Shown here piece after piece: positions 8,843-19,597 of a stretch of DNA of 64,000 nt. Positions within the stretch are counted from its first letter, which is position 1. Each line of letters opens with the position of its first letter. The DNA comes from Eubacteriales bacterium (GTDB taxonomy: Bacteria; Bacillota; Clostridia; Lachnospirales; JAVBJQ01): assembly GCA_031546905.1 (NCBI GenBank), contig JAVBJQ010000006.1, forward strand, positions 3,632 through 67,631. Reading direction: 5' to 3'. The position numbers and the translations under genes were made by a program. Under the pieces are notes generated by a model. It was not told the origin of the DNA, searched no databases, and saw only the letters and a list, made by a program, of their open reading frames with translations.

Positions 8843-10363
8843 CTATAATAATTGTGGCAGTAGTGAAAGACATCCAATAATAAATCCTAAAACACCACCA
8901 AGCACCGTAATGGCATTTAGTTCCTTATTGACAACTGAAATAATAATTTCTTCTGCATATTCAACTTCAAAAGTATTAATTCTTTCCTCTACAATTTTAG
9001 GAATATTAATAATCGTAACCAGTTGGTCTGAATTTTTTTGAAGCAACATAATTATAATCCTTGTTATATCCTGCTTTAATTTTAACAGTGGAATTTTACT
9101 TACATACGTGCTTATTTTTTTATTTAAAATACTATCTTTTAGTTGGTTTAACAAATTTTCTGCCATAATACTTACATCATTTTTAGCAAATTGTAAAATA
9201 TATTTTTTAATGACATCATTGATTTTCTCATCAAAATTATTTTCCATTTTTACAATCAACCCATAAAGATCTACATTGCTATTTTTCTCAATCAACCCTT
9301 TGATTACATTAAAAATCTTTTGGGAATTTTTTTCGCTGTTCATATTGGCAAACAAAATAGTTGTAAATTCATGAGAGGCGCTTTCTTTCCAGTTGCTCGG
9401 GATTTTGGCCCACAACTCATTTACTTGATCCTCTGCGTGTTCTTCCATAAAAACTTTTATTTTTTCGGCAAGTTGTTTCACATTTTCTTCTTCTGATAAA
9501 TAGTCTCTTATGCCTGATTTAATATTGTCATACACTTTGGATGTATTGATAAAAATTCCAGCAAACCCACCTACCGTTTTCAATAGGATGTCCGATACAA
9601 AGTCTTTTAACTTAAAGTCAACCTCTGGCTTCTCTAGCAGATTTAACAAAAACGTTGCAAGTTGATAACTATTTTTATCCACAAACTGATTTACATTTTC
9701 AAATGTTGTTTCCCCAAAAAATTGTTTTATGGACCGATTGTCATTTTCTATTTTGGCTAAAAAATCATCTGCTGACTTATCAATAAAAGACTTGCAATCG
9801 TCACTTCCTAAAAATTGCTTTCCTTCCTTCAAAAAGAAACCATATAGATAGTCTGTAAACTGCCCCACATACTGAAATGTATCTGGCGATTTCAAGAAAT
9901 TCACCACCATACTTGTCATTTTGCCTGCAATTTCATTGATAAACTTTTCATTCTTCATCATTTCCTGCAAACTGTTATTTCCTGTTTTTAGCGCCAAGTC
10001 AATAATAGCTTGTTTATTTGCACTAAAATAAGTATCCATAAAATCATTGATGGTCATATTGCTTTTTTCAAAATCCGACACTACCGTAGCAATTTTGTTT
10101 TCAATGGCATTTTTAATGTCCTCTGACAAAATAATTTCGTCAAACACATCCTTTGTTAAAAGATGTTCTCCAATGGTAGTTCCTACTTTGTTGGCTAACT
10201 TAAGCCTTTCCTTAGGAATAAGCCCTGGTGTAAATGGCACCTTCATTCCTAAAAAAAATTTTTGCTCGTGGGGTCTAAAAAGCATTTTAATTGCCAGCCA
10301 ATTGGTAATATATCCAATTACACCGCCTACAATTGGCGTTACTGCAAGTTGTACAAGATCCAT
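8843..10363 (-). CDS. DUF445 (YheB-like) membrane protein
   Basis: GGVIGYITNWLAIKMLFRP at the N-terminus; KELNAITVLGGVLGFIIG at the C-terminus. Confidence 0.9.
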   Translation of the reverse strand: MDLVQLAVTPIVGGVIGYITNWLAIKMLFRPHEQKFFLGMKVPFTPGLIPKERLKLANKVGTTIGEHLLTKDVFDEIILSEDIKNAIENKIATVVSDFEKSNMTINDFMDTYFSANKQAIIDLALKTGNNSLQEMMKNEKFINEIAGKMTSMVVNFLKSPDTFQYVGQFTDYLYGFFLKEGKQFLGSDDCKSFIDKSADDFLAKIENDNRSIKQFFGETTFENVNQFVDKNSYQLATFLLNLLEKPEVDFKLKDFVSDILLKTVGGFAGIFINTSKVYDNIKSGIRDYLSEEENVKQLAEKIKVFMEEHAEDQVNELWAKIPSNWKESASHEFTTILFANMNSEKNSQKIFNVIKGLIEKNSNVDLYGLIVKMENNFDEKINDVIKKYILQFAKNDVSIMAENLLNQLKDSILNKKISTYVSKIPLLKLKQDITRIIIMLLQKNSDQLVTIINIPKIVEERINTFEVEYAEEIIISVVNKELNAITVLGGVLGFIIGCLSLLPQLL

Positions 10364-10412
10364 AAATACCTCCTAAACAGGAAACACCTACCCTAGCTGT
10401 TAAGCATACTCA

Positions 10413-11063
10413 TCAGCTTTGTGTCTTTTTTGTTTCATTAAATTTATAACAAAGGGTCATTAGGCTATCTGTTAAATGAACATTTTCGATACATACGTGA
10501 GGAGGAGCATTTAGGTCTGTATTGGTAAAATTCCAAAGTGCTGTTACTTTATTTGAAATAAAAATTTCCGACACTTCAATGGCTTTGCCTTTTGGCAATG
10601 TAAGAACGCCTATGTCTACTTTATTTTTTTGAATAAACTCACCTAAAAGTTGCACATCCATTACTTCTAATTCCTTGATAGACACCCCAATAATTCTGGG
10701 GTTTGCATCAAAAATACCGATGATTTTAAAACCTCTTCTTTCAAACGTAGCATAATTGACTAACGCTTGTCCTATATTTCCCGCTCCCACGATTACCAAG
10801 TTATATGCCTCATCAAGGCCCAAAATTTTCCGAATTTCATTGTAAAGGAACTCTACATTATAGCCATAACCTTGTTGCCCAAAGCAACCAAAATTGTTTA
10901 AATCTTGTCTAATTTGTGAAGCCGTAATATTCATTCGTTGGCTTAGTTCCTTCGAAGAAATTCTTGTCACTTGGTTATCTAAAAGTTCAGCTAAGTATCT
11001 GTAGTAACGAGGTAACCTTTTTATTACAGGCAACGATATTTTTTTCTCTTCCATCTCCATCAA
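10413..11063 (-). CDS. rex: Redox-sensing transcriptional repressor Rex
   Basis: KRLPRYYR, SQIRQDL..FG.FGQQGYGY, GAGNIG NAD-binding loop. Confidence 0.96.
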   Translation of the reverse strand: MMEMEEKKISLPVIKRLPRYYRYLAELLDNQVTRISSKELSQRMNITASQIRQDLNNFGCFGQQGYGYNVEFLYNEIRKILGLDEAYNLVIVGAGNIGQALVNYATFERRGFKIIGIFDANPRIIGVSIKELEVMDVQLLGEFIQKNKVDIGVLTLPKGKAIEVSEIFISNKVTALWNFTNTDLNAPPHVCIENVHLTDSLMTLCYKFNETKKTQS

Positions 11064-11491
11064 TCCTTTGTACGCTCACACAGTTTCAAAAATTTCATTC
11101 AAATAAAATCTACAAACTGCAAACTATAAAATAATAAAAATAATAAACCAAAATCCCAAAATAATATTTTTCAAAAAAATTTATTACCAAAATTTCTTAC
11201 AAGATTTTGTTTATTTTTGACTAATTCTAAGTATATCATTTTAAAAATAATTTTGTCAATTAAACTAGTGCCTGTTTAAAAATTCATTCTAAAATATTAG
11301 TACCATAGCCTTACTGCAAACTGTTTTACTTTTTTTATTCAAAACAAATGTTTTTCTAACTCTTTGTATATGATATAATATAGCTGTTAAAGATCATACT
11401 GAGTATGATACGCAAAATAGTATTTAGGGACTGTAAATTCATCACTTAGTTTTATTTACAGCGCCTTACACCAAGCCAAGGAGAAATTTAA

Positions 11492-13387
11492 ATGTTGTTT
11501 TCATGTCGAGGAATCAAAAAATCTTATGGAGTTGACACCATACTGGAAGACGTTACGTTCCAAATTGAAAATAAAGAAAAAATTGCAGTAGTGGGAACAA
11601 ACGGCGCAGGCAAATCAACTCTTTTTAAAATAATTATTGGAGAAATTACAAAAGACGAAGGTGAAATTTATATGCCTAAAGAAATTACTTTAGGATATCT
11701 TTCTCAATCTTTAGAAATTAATACAGAAAAAACAATATATGATGAGATGTTAATTGTTTTCGAAAAAATTATTAACTTAGAAGAAGAAATGCGGGAACTA
11801 GAAATACAAATGGGGAATAAAAAAGACGAAGAACTTACCCGCCTTATGGAAAAGTATGCAAAAATCTCTCATGCCTTTGAAGAAAAAAAAGGCTATGAAT
11901 ACCAAAGCCGCATTAAAGGAGTTTTAAAAGGCTTGGGCTTCAGCGAACAAGACTTTAGTCAGCCTATTTATCAATTATCAGGCGGGCAAAAAACAAGAAT
12001 TGGACTTGCAAAATTACTTTTGACAGAGCCAGACTTGTTATTGCTGGATGAACCCACCAACCATTTAGACATTCCTTCTGTGGAGTGGCTGGAGGATTTT
12101 TTAAGAAATTATGGGCAAGCTGTTATTATTATTTCCCATGACCGCTATTTTTTAGATAGGGTTGTAAACAAAACCATTGAAATTGAAAATAAAAAAGCCA
12201 TTACCTATCAAGGTAACTACACTACTTTCACCAAAGCCAAAGAAATAAATTATGAAATTGCTTTAAAACACTATGAAACCAACCAAAAAGAAATAAAGCA
12301 TCAAGAAGATGTTATTAAAACCCTTCGTTCCTTTAATCGTGAAAAATCAATTAAAAGAGCTGAAAGTCGTGAAAAACTGCTGGATAAAATGGATCGAGTA
12401 GACAAACCTGACAGCCCTCCCGAAAAAATGAAAATTGACCTTTCTCCCAAAAAAATAAGTGGTGTGGATGTACTCCATGTGGAAGGGTTACAAAAAAGTT
12501 TTGACGATGAGGTGTTGTTCCAAAATGTTTCTTTTGATATTAAACGAGAAGATAAAATTGCCTTAATTGGTCCCAATGGCATTGGAAAAACCACTGTTTT
12601 AAGAATTTTGCTAGGCACCCAAGAAGCAAACGGTGGGAAAATCCATTTTGGTTCCAATGTATTCTCCGCTTATTATGATCAAGAACATCAAAACATTGAC
12701 CCTACCAAAACGGTTTTTCAGGAAATTAGCGATGCTTACCCTAAAATGACCAATACGGAGATAAGAAATCTGTTGGCCGCTTTTGTTTTTATGGGAGACG
12801 ATGTGTTTAAGCCTATTGCTGCTTTAAGTGGTGGCGAAAAAGGTCGTGTTGCGCTTGCAAAAATGATGTTATCCAACTCTAATTTTTTAATTTTAGACGA
12901 ACCCACTAACCATTTAGATATTTTCTCCAAGGAAATTTTGGAGAAAGCACTAAAAAATTATACAGGAACCGTCTTATTTATTTCTCATGACAGGTACTTA
13001 ATCAACAGTGTTGCAGAAAAAATATTTGAATTAACCCCAACAGGTGCCAACACTTATTTGGGCAACTACGACTACTACTTGCAAAAAAAAGCAGAAGCCA
13101 AAATTTTAGAAGCGGAAGTACAAGAAGCCCAAACTTCTCAAATCAAAGAAGACTGGGTGAAGAAAAAAGAAAGCCAAACCAATGAGCGAAAAAAACAAAC
13201 GAGAATCTCCAATTTAGAAAAACAAATCGCAAAAAAAGAAGCAGAAATAAAAGCGTATGACGAGCAACTTTGTTTGCCAGAAATTTTTTCAGACCATGTT
13301 CAGGCAAAAGAAGTGTTTGACAAAAAAAGTGCCTTAGAAGAAGAAGTGTTGACCCTTTATGCAGAGTGGGAAGAAATTCATGGATAA
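11492..13387 (+). CDS. ABC-F family ATPase (YdiF-like)
   Basis: Two ABC domains (GTNGAGKS and GPNGIGKT; LSGGQ and LSGGE; DEPTNHLD), no TM segments, C-terminal coiled coil; next to rex. Confidence 0.93.
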   Translation: MLFSCRGIKKSYGVDTILEDVTFQIENKEKIAVVGTNGAGKSTLFKIIIGEITKDEGEIYMPKEITLGYLSQSLEINTEKTIYDEMLIVFEKIINLEEEMRELEIQMGNKKDEELTRLMEKYAKISHAFEEKKGYEYQSRIKGVLKGLGFSEQDFSQPIYQLSGGQKTRIGLAKLLLTEPDLLLLDEPTNHLDIPSVEWLEDFLRNYGQAVIIISHDRYFLDRVVNKTIEIENKKAITYQGNYTTFTKAKEINYEIALKHYETNQKEIKHQEDVIKTLRSFNREKSIKRAESREKLLDKMDRVDKPDSPPEKMKIDLSPKKISGVDVLHVEGLQKSFDDEVLFQNVSFDIKREDKIALIGPNGIGKTTVLRILLGTQEANGGKIHFGSNVFSAYYDQEHQNIDPTKTVFQEISDAYPKMTNTEIRNLLAAFVFMGDDVFKPIAALSGGEKGRVALAKMMLSNSNFLILDEPTNHLDIFSKEILEKALKNYTGTVLFISHDRYLINSVAEKIFELTPTGANTYLGNYDYYLQKKAEAKILEAEVQEAQTSQIKEDWVKKKESQTNERKKQTRISNLEKQIAKKEAEIKAYDEQLCLPEIFSDHVQAKEVFDKKSALEEEVLTLYAEWEEIHG

Positions 13388-13406
13388 ATAAAAGGTAGGG
13401 ATTCAA

Positions 13407-14903
13407 ATGAATAACAGTACCCATAGTCGTAAACAACAAAAAAAGTTACATAATTTTACAACAGAGCATTTTACAGTCATTGGGATAATTACGATGATTG
13501 TAATTACTGTTGCTGTTTTTATTAACACTTATTTAAATTTTAGGCAATATAGCTTAGAGTCAATGGAAGCGTACACCATCCAAGCTACCCTAAATTATGT
13601 AACTTCCATTGAAGATTCCTATAAAACCATGCAAGACGTAGGTAAGTTTACAAACATTTCTATTCATGCGGCCCTGAAAAGTAGTGACAACTATGAAGAT
13701 TTTATTAAAAGAACCTTAGAAGAGATATTAACCCAATATACGTTTATTAATGGTATTAAAATAATTTACGAAGGTGAAGAAGGATTCAAAACAACCGCTC
13801 TTTCTTACAATAAAGGTGATTTTTTATATACGAAAGTAGATGATACGTTTCTCAATACCGTTTATAAGAAGGACCGCATACGTCCTGTTTCTAAAGTTTC
13901 TGGTATTGATGAGAATGGATTTATTTCTCTTCACTTTCCTATTTGGGATGAGCATTTTAATTGCAACGGACTTATTTATGTGTATGTTCCCGCTTCTTAC
14001 TTCCAAGTTTTAAATAGCATCGCAGGGCTTTCTGACACGGATACTTATATTATTGACAGTAATCTTCGCATCATTGCCAACGAGAGTACCAACAAGAAAA
14101 TGATGAATATTACTTCCATTGATGAAATAGTGCCACTCTCCCTACGAGAAAATTTATTACCAATGATTCATGCAAATTTAGAGCGGGGTGAGATAACACA
14201 TAAAATGATTTATAATCCTTATCGAAACGAGGATTGTTGGTTTTTATGCTACCCCATTGACAATTTAGATGGTACTTTTGGCTCATTTGTAACCATTGTC
14301 CCTAAAAATATTATTTTTAAAAAACTGTATGGCACAGGAAATTTTTTAGTAGGAAGCTTACTGCTAATTCTTATCTTGCTGGCAATGCTACAATATGGCG
14401 CAATATTACGAGCCCGCACATTTAAAGATGGCTTGACTGGCATTTATAATCGGTTATATTTAGATAAAAAATTACCCGAAAACGTTAAGACTTGTTCTGC
14501 CAAAAACCGCCCTTTAAGTCTTGTTTTATGTGACGTGGACCATTTTAAAAAAATTAACGATACGTATGGTCATCTTATAGGGGATGAAGTTCTAAAATAT
14601 GTTTGCCATCTGCTATACCACCATATTCGAAAACAGGATTGGATTGCCCGATATGGGGGGGAAGAGTTTGTTATTTGTCTTCCTTATACCGATATAACCG
14701 ATACCATTGCTATCGCCGAACGTTTACGAAACACCCTTGAGCAACATCCTTTTATCAAAGGCGACGTATTAATTCCTGTTACCATGAGTTTTGGTATTTC
14801 CTGTACTACAGGCACTTATGTTGGTATGACAGACATTATAAAGCGTGCCGACGAAAACCTATATCGTGCCAAAGAATCTGGTCGTAATGTTGTTGTTTAT
14901 TAA
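13407..14903 (+). CDS. Membrane diguanylate cyclase with an extracytoplasmic (Cache-like) sensor
   Basis: Two TMs; DGLTGIYNR, DVDHFKKINDTYGH, RKQD I-site, GGEEF. Confidence 0.92.
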   Translation: MNNSTHSRKQQKKLHNFTTEHFTVIGIITMIVITVAVFINTYLNFRQYSLESMEAYTIQATLNYVTSIEDSYKTMQDVGKFTNISIHAALKSSDNYEDFIKRTLEEILTQYTFINGIKIIYEGEEGFKTTALSYNKGDFLYTKVDDTFLNTVYKKDRIRPVSKVSGIDENGFISLHFPIWDEHFNCNGLIYVYVPASYFQVLNSIAGLSDTDTYIIDSNLRIIANESTNKKMMNITSIDEIVPLSLRENLLPMIHANLERGEITHKMIYNPYRNEDCWFLCYPIDNLDGTFGSFVTIVPKNIIFKKLYGTGNFLVGSLLLILILLAMLQYGAILRARTFKDGLTGIYNRLYLDKKLPENVKTCSAKNRPLSLVLCDVDHFKKINDTYGHLIGDEVLKYVCHLLYHHIRKQDWIARYGGEEFVICLPYTDITDTIAIAERLRNTLEQHPFIKGDVLIPVTMSFGISCTTGTYVGMTDIIKRADENLYRAKESGRNVVVY

Positions 14904-14951
14904 GTCGGTCTCATCACCCTTTCCTTGTGTCAAAAAAATTCGCCAACCCTT

Positions 14952-15947
14952 TTAAGAGGTTGACGAATTTTTTTTAATTTTTTGATTTATAATATCCTGT
15001 ATGACTGTATCAATTGATTGTTTGAAATTAGGGGGTACTTTTACATGAGATCCTTCCATACTAAACTCAAAACTTTCTTCTGCAAAACCCATACTTCTTA
15101 CATCATCTTTAAAATTTCCTTTTGCTACCTCTAGCACTCCTTGTTTTGCCGAACGATCTATTTTTTTTATAATAGAAGCAACCATGGAATCAGGTGCTTG
15201 GGCATTTTGATTGCTACCTAAACCCAAACACATTTTACCTGTAAGTTTTGCTGCTTTTATTACGCCTCTGGATGACGAAAGAAGTACATCGGCTCCCTCT
15301 GCATATAATCCTAGTGCTAAATTTTTTCCCTTCTCTTCCTCATACACCCCATTGGTACATTCACTAAGCACCTCTATGGAACTAGTAAAGTCCTTTGCTC
15401 CTTGGGTAAATCCTTCTAGCAAATCATTCATGGCAGAACTTTTATTTCCTGTAACGATTCCTACTTTTCCTGTTTTGCTAAGTTGTGCTGCGGCATAACC
15501 TGCTACGTAACCACGTTCCCAATTTCTTCCCATAATTGAAATGGTGTTTTTTGCATGTAAACTAGAATCCAATAAAATATACTTTTGAAACGGCTTTAGG
15601 GCCACATTACTAAAATCACGATTTGCCGCCATTATATAAGTATATTTTCCTGCTAGTTCTGCATTTTCAACGTCAAAATTTTCAAACTCTGCATACGCAA
15701 TTTCTACTGGTATTCCCGTCTCTTTGGTTGCTTCCTGTAAGCCTTTTATAATGGCTTGGGTGTAGTCATCTGTTTTGTCAGCACCACTATTACACATGAA
15801 TACAATAGTTGGATTAGAATTTGTGAAAACTAAAAAAATTAAAATAGCAATAAAAACAGTAACACTGGCAAGTATGGCATATTTTTTATTATTCTTTTTT
15901 TTAATTGCCTCATGTTCTTTTTTTAATCTTGAAAATTTTCCACTCAT
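14952..15947 (-). CDS. BMP-family (nucleoside-binding-like) substrate-binding protein
   Basis: GYVAGYAAA..SKTGKVG, GFTQGAK, LYAEGADV, SIIKKID. Confidence 0.8.
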   Translation of the reverse strand: MSGKFSRLKKEHEAIKKKNNKKYAILASVTVFIAILIFLVFTNSNPTIVFMCNSGADKTDDYTQAIIKGLQEATKETGIPVEIAYAEFENFDVENAELAGKYTYIMAANRDFSNVALKPFQKYILLDSSLHAKNTISIMGRNWERGYVAGYAAAQLSKTGKVGIVTGNKSSAMNDLLEGFTQGAKDFTSSIEVLSECTNGVYEEEKGKNLALGLYAEGADVLLSSSRGVIKAAKLTGKMCLGLGSNQNAQAPDSMVASIIKKIDRSAKQGVLEVAKGNFKDDVRSMGFAEESFEFSMEGSHVKVPPNFKQSIDTVIQDIINQKIKKNSSTS

Positions 15948-15983
15948 ACTTTTCCCTCTTTATAAAGCTAGCTTATAACAGCT

Positions 15984-17096
15984 TTATAAAACGCTGTCTA
16001 AAAACTTACCATTTTGATAAAACAACTGGCCGTCCGCATAAATTTCTCCGCCGTCACGCATATCGCAAATCATATCCCAATGAATGGCTGACTCGTTTAT
16101 GCCACCTGTTTCTGCAAAAGAAGAACCAACTGCCATATGGATTGTTCCGCCTATTTTTTCGTCAAATAAAATATTTTTAGTAAATTTTTGAATACCGTAG
16201 TTGGTGGCAATCGCAAGTTCTCCAAAACGTCTTGCACCCTCATCTACATCCAAAAAAGAATTTAATAAATCTTCGCCTTTGCTAGCAGTTGCTTTTATTA
16301 CTTTTCCATCTTTCACTTCTAGATATACATTTTCAATTTCTTTTCCTGAATAAATGGCAGGAAAGGAAAAGGTAATATGTCCATTTACTTCTGTTTCCAC
16401 AGGAGTTGTAAAAATCTCACCATCGGGAAAATTTCTTCTTCCATCACAACTAACCCATTTTCTACCTTTAATTGTAGCCTTAATATCTGTTCCCTTAGAA
16501 ATAATATGAATTTCACTTTTGGTATTTAAAAATTCACACCATCTGCCTTGGCTCTCTGCAACTTTTTTCCATTCTGCTACAGGGTCCTCCATGTGCAACA
16601 ATCCAGCAGAATAAACAAAATCTTCATATTCTTCCAAGCTCATCTCAGCTTCTTGTGCATCGGCATGAGTAGGAAACTGAGTTCCTACCCATCGGGATGT
16701 TCCTTCGCCAAATCTTTTTCGATAAGTTTTGTTGGCTTCTGTATTTGCCTTTTTTTGTAACTGCAATTTTTTAGAATCCACATTGGAAAGATATTTTAAA
16801 TTTTTGGAACCCCAAGCACTAATCCAAACATCTGCCTCGTCAATACATCTTTTTCTGTTCAAATTTGGTTGTTCAATTTGATGGTCATTTCCCTCTTTTA
16901 AAACAATTTCATTTACTTCATTTACATCTATAAAATAATCTACAATGGCACCTTTTTTTACTGCTTCTCTTGCCACTTCTACTACAAAAGGAATGGCAAC
17001 GTCATCTGCTAATATACAAACTTTTTCCCCGGCTTGAACCTCTGTTGAATATTCCACCAAAAGCTTTGCTAGCTTTTGAAGTCTTTGATCTTTCAT
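15984..17096 (-). CDS. M29 aminopeptidase (AmpS-like)
   Basis: NFPDGEIFT, GELAI, LFDEKIGGTIHMAVG, SAIHWD. Confidence 0.93.
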   Translation of the reverse strand: MKDQRLQKLAKLLVEYSTEVQAGEKVCILADDVAIPFVVEVAREAVKKGAIVDYFIDVNEVNEIVLKEGNDHQIEQPNLNRKRCIDEADVWISAWGSKNLKYLSNVDSKKLQLQKKANTEANKTYRKRFGEGTSRWVGTQFPTHADAQEAEMSLEEYEDFVYSAGLLHMEDPVAEWKKVAESQGRWCEFLNTKSEIHIISKGTDIKATIKGRKWVSCDGRRNFPDGEIFTTPVETEVNGHITFSFPAIYSGKEIENVYLEVKDGKVIKATASKGEDLLNSFLDVDEGARRFGELAIATNYGIQKFTKNILFDEKIGGTIHMAVGSSFAETGGINESAIHWDMICDMRDGGEIYADGQLFYQNGKFLDSVL

Positions 17097-17282
17097 AAAA
17101 TTCCTCCTTCTGTTTCATTTCAAAAAATTATAACACTTATCACTATCGCTTGAGAAGTACTCCCGAAAATTTTTATTAATTTTTGCTATTTAATTGATAA
17201 AATGTTATAATATGAAATTATTAAAACAGCTTACGGCTGTTAAGGTAAGCAGTATACAAATACATTAAAGGAGTTTTTATAT

Positions 17283-18725
17283 ATGGCAAAAAATGATGAA
17301 AAAAAATTAATTGAGTCCATCACCTCTATGGAAACAGACTTTGCCCAATGGTACACAGACGTAGTAAAAAAAGCAGACTTAGCTGATTATTCCAGTGTAA
17401 AAGGTTGCGTTATTTTACGCCCTTATGGCTACGCTATTTGGGAACTTTTACAACAGCAACTAGACGCAAGATTTAAAGAAACAGGCCACGAAAATGTTTA
17501 TATGCCTATTTTTATTCCTGAGTCTTTGTTACAAAAAGAAAAAGACCATATTGAAGGCTTTGCACCAGAAGTTGCGTGGGTAACTCATGGCGGCGATGAA
17601 AAATTAACGGAAAGACTTTGTGTTCGCCCAACTTCTGAAACTTTATTTTGTGAACATTACGCAAATATTATCCAATCCCATCGTGATTTACCAAAATTAT
17701 ATAATCAATGGTGTTCTGTTGTTCGTTGGGAAAAAACCACTCGCCCATTTTTAAGAACCCGTGAATTTTTATGGCAAGAGGGTCACACCGCTCATGCTAC
17801 TGCTGAAGATGCACAAGAAGAAACCATCCGTATGTTAAACGTATATGCTGAGTTTTGCGAAAATGTCCTTGCCATGCCAGTCATCAAAGGTCAAAAAACC
17901 GAAAAAGAAAAATTTGCTGGTGCCAAAGCTACTTTTTGTATTGAGAGTCTTATGCACGATGGCAAAGCGTTACAAGCTGGAACTTCTCACAACTTTGGAG
18001 ATGGTTTTGCAGCAGCTTTTGGTATTCAATACACAGACAAAAACAATGAGCTTAAAAATGTTCACCAAACCTCTTGGGGTGTATCTACCAGATTAATTGG
18101 TGGTATTATTATGGTGCATGGGGACAACGACGGTCTTATTTTGCCACCAAAAATTGCACCAATTCAAGTAATTGTAATTCCAATTGCGCAACATAAAGAA
18201 GGCGTTTTAGACAGGGCTTCTGCACTTGTAAAAGAACTTTCTCCTCTTTGCAGAGTTAAAATGGATGGCTCCGACAAAAGTTCTGGTTGGAAATTTAGTG
18301 AATATGAAATGAAAGGTGTTCCTTTGCGTATTGAAATCGGGCCAAAGGACATTGAAAAAAATCAAGTAGTCGTTGCAAGACGCGACACCCGTGAAAAAAC
18401 AATTGTTTCTCTTGATGAAATTCAAAGTGTAATTCCAACACTTTTGGCTACCGTGCAAAAAGAATTATTAGAAAAAGCCACTAAGCTACGTGATGAAAAA
18501 ACATTTGTTGCCAAAGACGGAGAATCATTTGTAAACGTATTTAATGACACTACTGGTTTTGTAAAAGCCATGTGGTGTGGCGATGAAGCTTGTGAAGTGG
18601 AAATCAAAGAAAAGTATGCCGTTACTTCTCGTTGTATTCCATTTGAACAAGAAAAAGTGGGCGAAAAATGTGTTTGTTGTGGAAAAGAAGCCCGCCACAT
18701 GGTTTACTGGGGCAAGGCTTACTAG
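17283..18725 (+). CDS. proS: Proline--tRNA ligase (archaeal/eukaryotic type)
   Basis: [30 protein letters not shown]-terminal Zn domain ending GKAY. Confidence 0.97.
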   Translation: MAKNDEKKLIESITSMETDFAQWYTDVVKKADLADYSSVKGCVILRPYGYAIWELLQQQLDARFKETGHENVYMPIFIPESLLQKEKDHIEGFAPEVAWVTHGGDEKLTERLCVRPTSETLFCEHYANIIQSHRDLPKLYNQWCSVVRWEKTTRPFLRTREFLWQEGHTAHATAEDAQEETIRMLNVYAEFCENVLAMPVIKGQKTEKEKFAGAKATFCIESLMHDGKALQAGTSHNFGDGFAAAFGIQYTDKNNELKNVHQTSWGVSTRLIGGIIMVHGDNDGLILPPKIAPIQVIVIPIAQHKEGVLDRASALVKELSPLCRVKMDGSDKSSGWKFSEYEMKGVPLRIEIGPKDIEKNQVVVARRDTREKTIVSLDEIQSVIPTLLATVQKELLEKATKLRDEKTFVAKDGESFVNVFNDTTGFVKAMWCGDEACEVEIKEKYAVTSRCIPFEQEKVGEKCVCCGKEARHMVYWGKAY

Positions 18726-18766
18726 AAGAATAAAACAACAATACCTTAGCTTAGAATTATATATGA

Positions 18767-18814
18767 AAAAAAGTGAGTTTCGGGAAATTTTAATTTCCCA
18801 GAACTCACTTTTTT
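18767..18814. terminator. Bidirectional terminator after proS
   Basis: AAAAAGTGAGTTTCGGGAAAT...ATTTCCCAGAACTCACTTTTT between convergent genes. Confidence 0.75.
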
Positions 18815-18828
18815 CATACGTTTCTATT

Positions 18829-19044
18829 TTATATTTTTAATGAGGTTTTACTTTCTCCTTGAATGAAAAACCGCCACAAATAATCAGTTGCTTCTTCCGC
18901 ATATCCGATGTTAATCCGTTTATCTGCCCCTATTTTAAATGGCTCCGGCTCCACTTCAATATCTTGTACAATAGAAATTTCATCATTGTTTAAAATATCT
19001 ATTCCATTTTGGCTTTTGGTAATATCCATGGCCTTGCAAAGTTT
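18829..19044 (-). pseudogene. C-terminal fragment of a 3-methyladenine DNA glycosylase (MPG)
   Basis: KLCKAMDITKSQNG...KRINIGYAEEA.DYLWRFFI matches the MPG C-terminus; in-frame stops directly upstream and the N-terminal part is missing. Confidence 0.75.
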
Positions 19045-19060
19045 CTATCAAGAGGCTTTA

Positions 19061-19582
19061 TCATGACTTTGATACCTTGTTAAATTTTCCCTTTGCTTCT
19101 GCTAGTGCTTCTCTTTCTTCATTAGAAAGTGTAATTTCGCTTTCACCAGCCACAATATTTTTCCCATATGTATAAGAGCCACTTCTGCTATGAATACCAT
19201 TGATGACAACGCCATTGTCTTTTTCATCCAGCAACGCAATTGCAAAGCAAAGGTTCCCACCCATTTCTTCAAAAGGATTGTATCGAATAATGCCCACTTT
19301 TTGAACACAAAGAGAAAGCCTTTTGTCAAAGTTATTAAATCTATTTTGTATGAGAGAATGTTCACGACCAATCAATCTAACTTCTTCCAAATACGCTTGT
19401 AGCAGTTCTTCAATATTAATATCGCCCTCTTTAGAAGTAAAAAAACTTTTATATTTCTTTCGGAGTTTTCTGTTACCTAGCAAGCTTGCTATGCTGATAA
19501 TTGCAGTCACAAGCCAGCCAATGATTAACACAAAAATAATAATGTCACTATTGGCAGCAATTCTTTCTAATAGTATATTCAT
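19061..19582 (-). CDS. DUF4446 family protein
   Basis: QKVGIIRYNPFEEMGGNLCFAIALLD...LSNEE; usual position after parB in Clostridia. Confidence 0.88.
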   Translation of the reverse strand: MNILLERIAANSDIIIFVLIIGWLVTAIISIASLLGNRKLRKKYKSFFTSKEGDINIEELLQAYLEEVRLIGREHSLIQNRFNNFDKRLSLCVQKVGIIRYNPFEEMGGNLCFAIALLDEKDNGVVINGIHSRSGSYTYGKNIVAGESEITLSNEEREALAEAKGKFNKVSKS

Positions 19583-19597
19583 TTTTTCAATTCCTCC

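Noticed and set aside
9675-9683. Single perfect DnaA boxes (also near 51198)
   Set aside because: Isolated 9-mers inside coding regions are expected by chance in AT-rich DNA
10394-11390. TAGCTGTTAA on both sides of rex and again near 52880
   Set aside because: Short and AT-rich, with no consistent position or symmetry; needs a genome-wide count
17100-17283. T-box upstream of proS (also checked for argS)
   Set aside because: No GGTGGTACC-type motif or terminator, and the leader is too short
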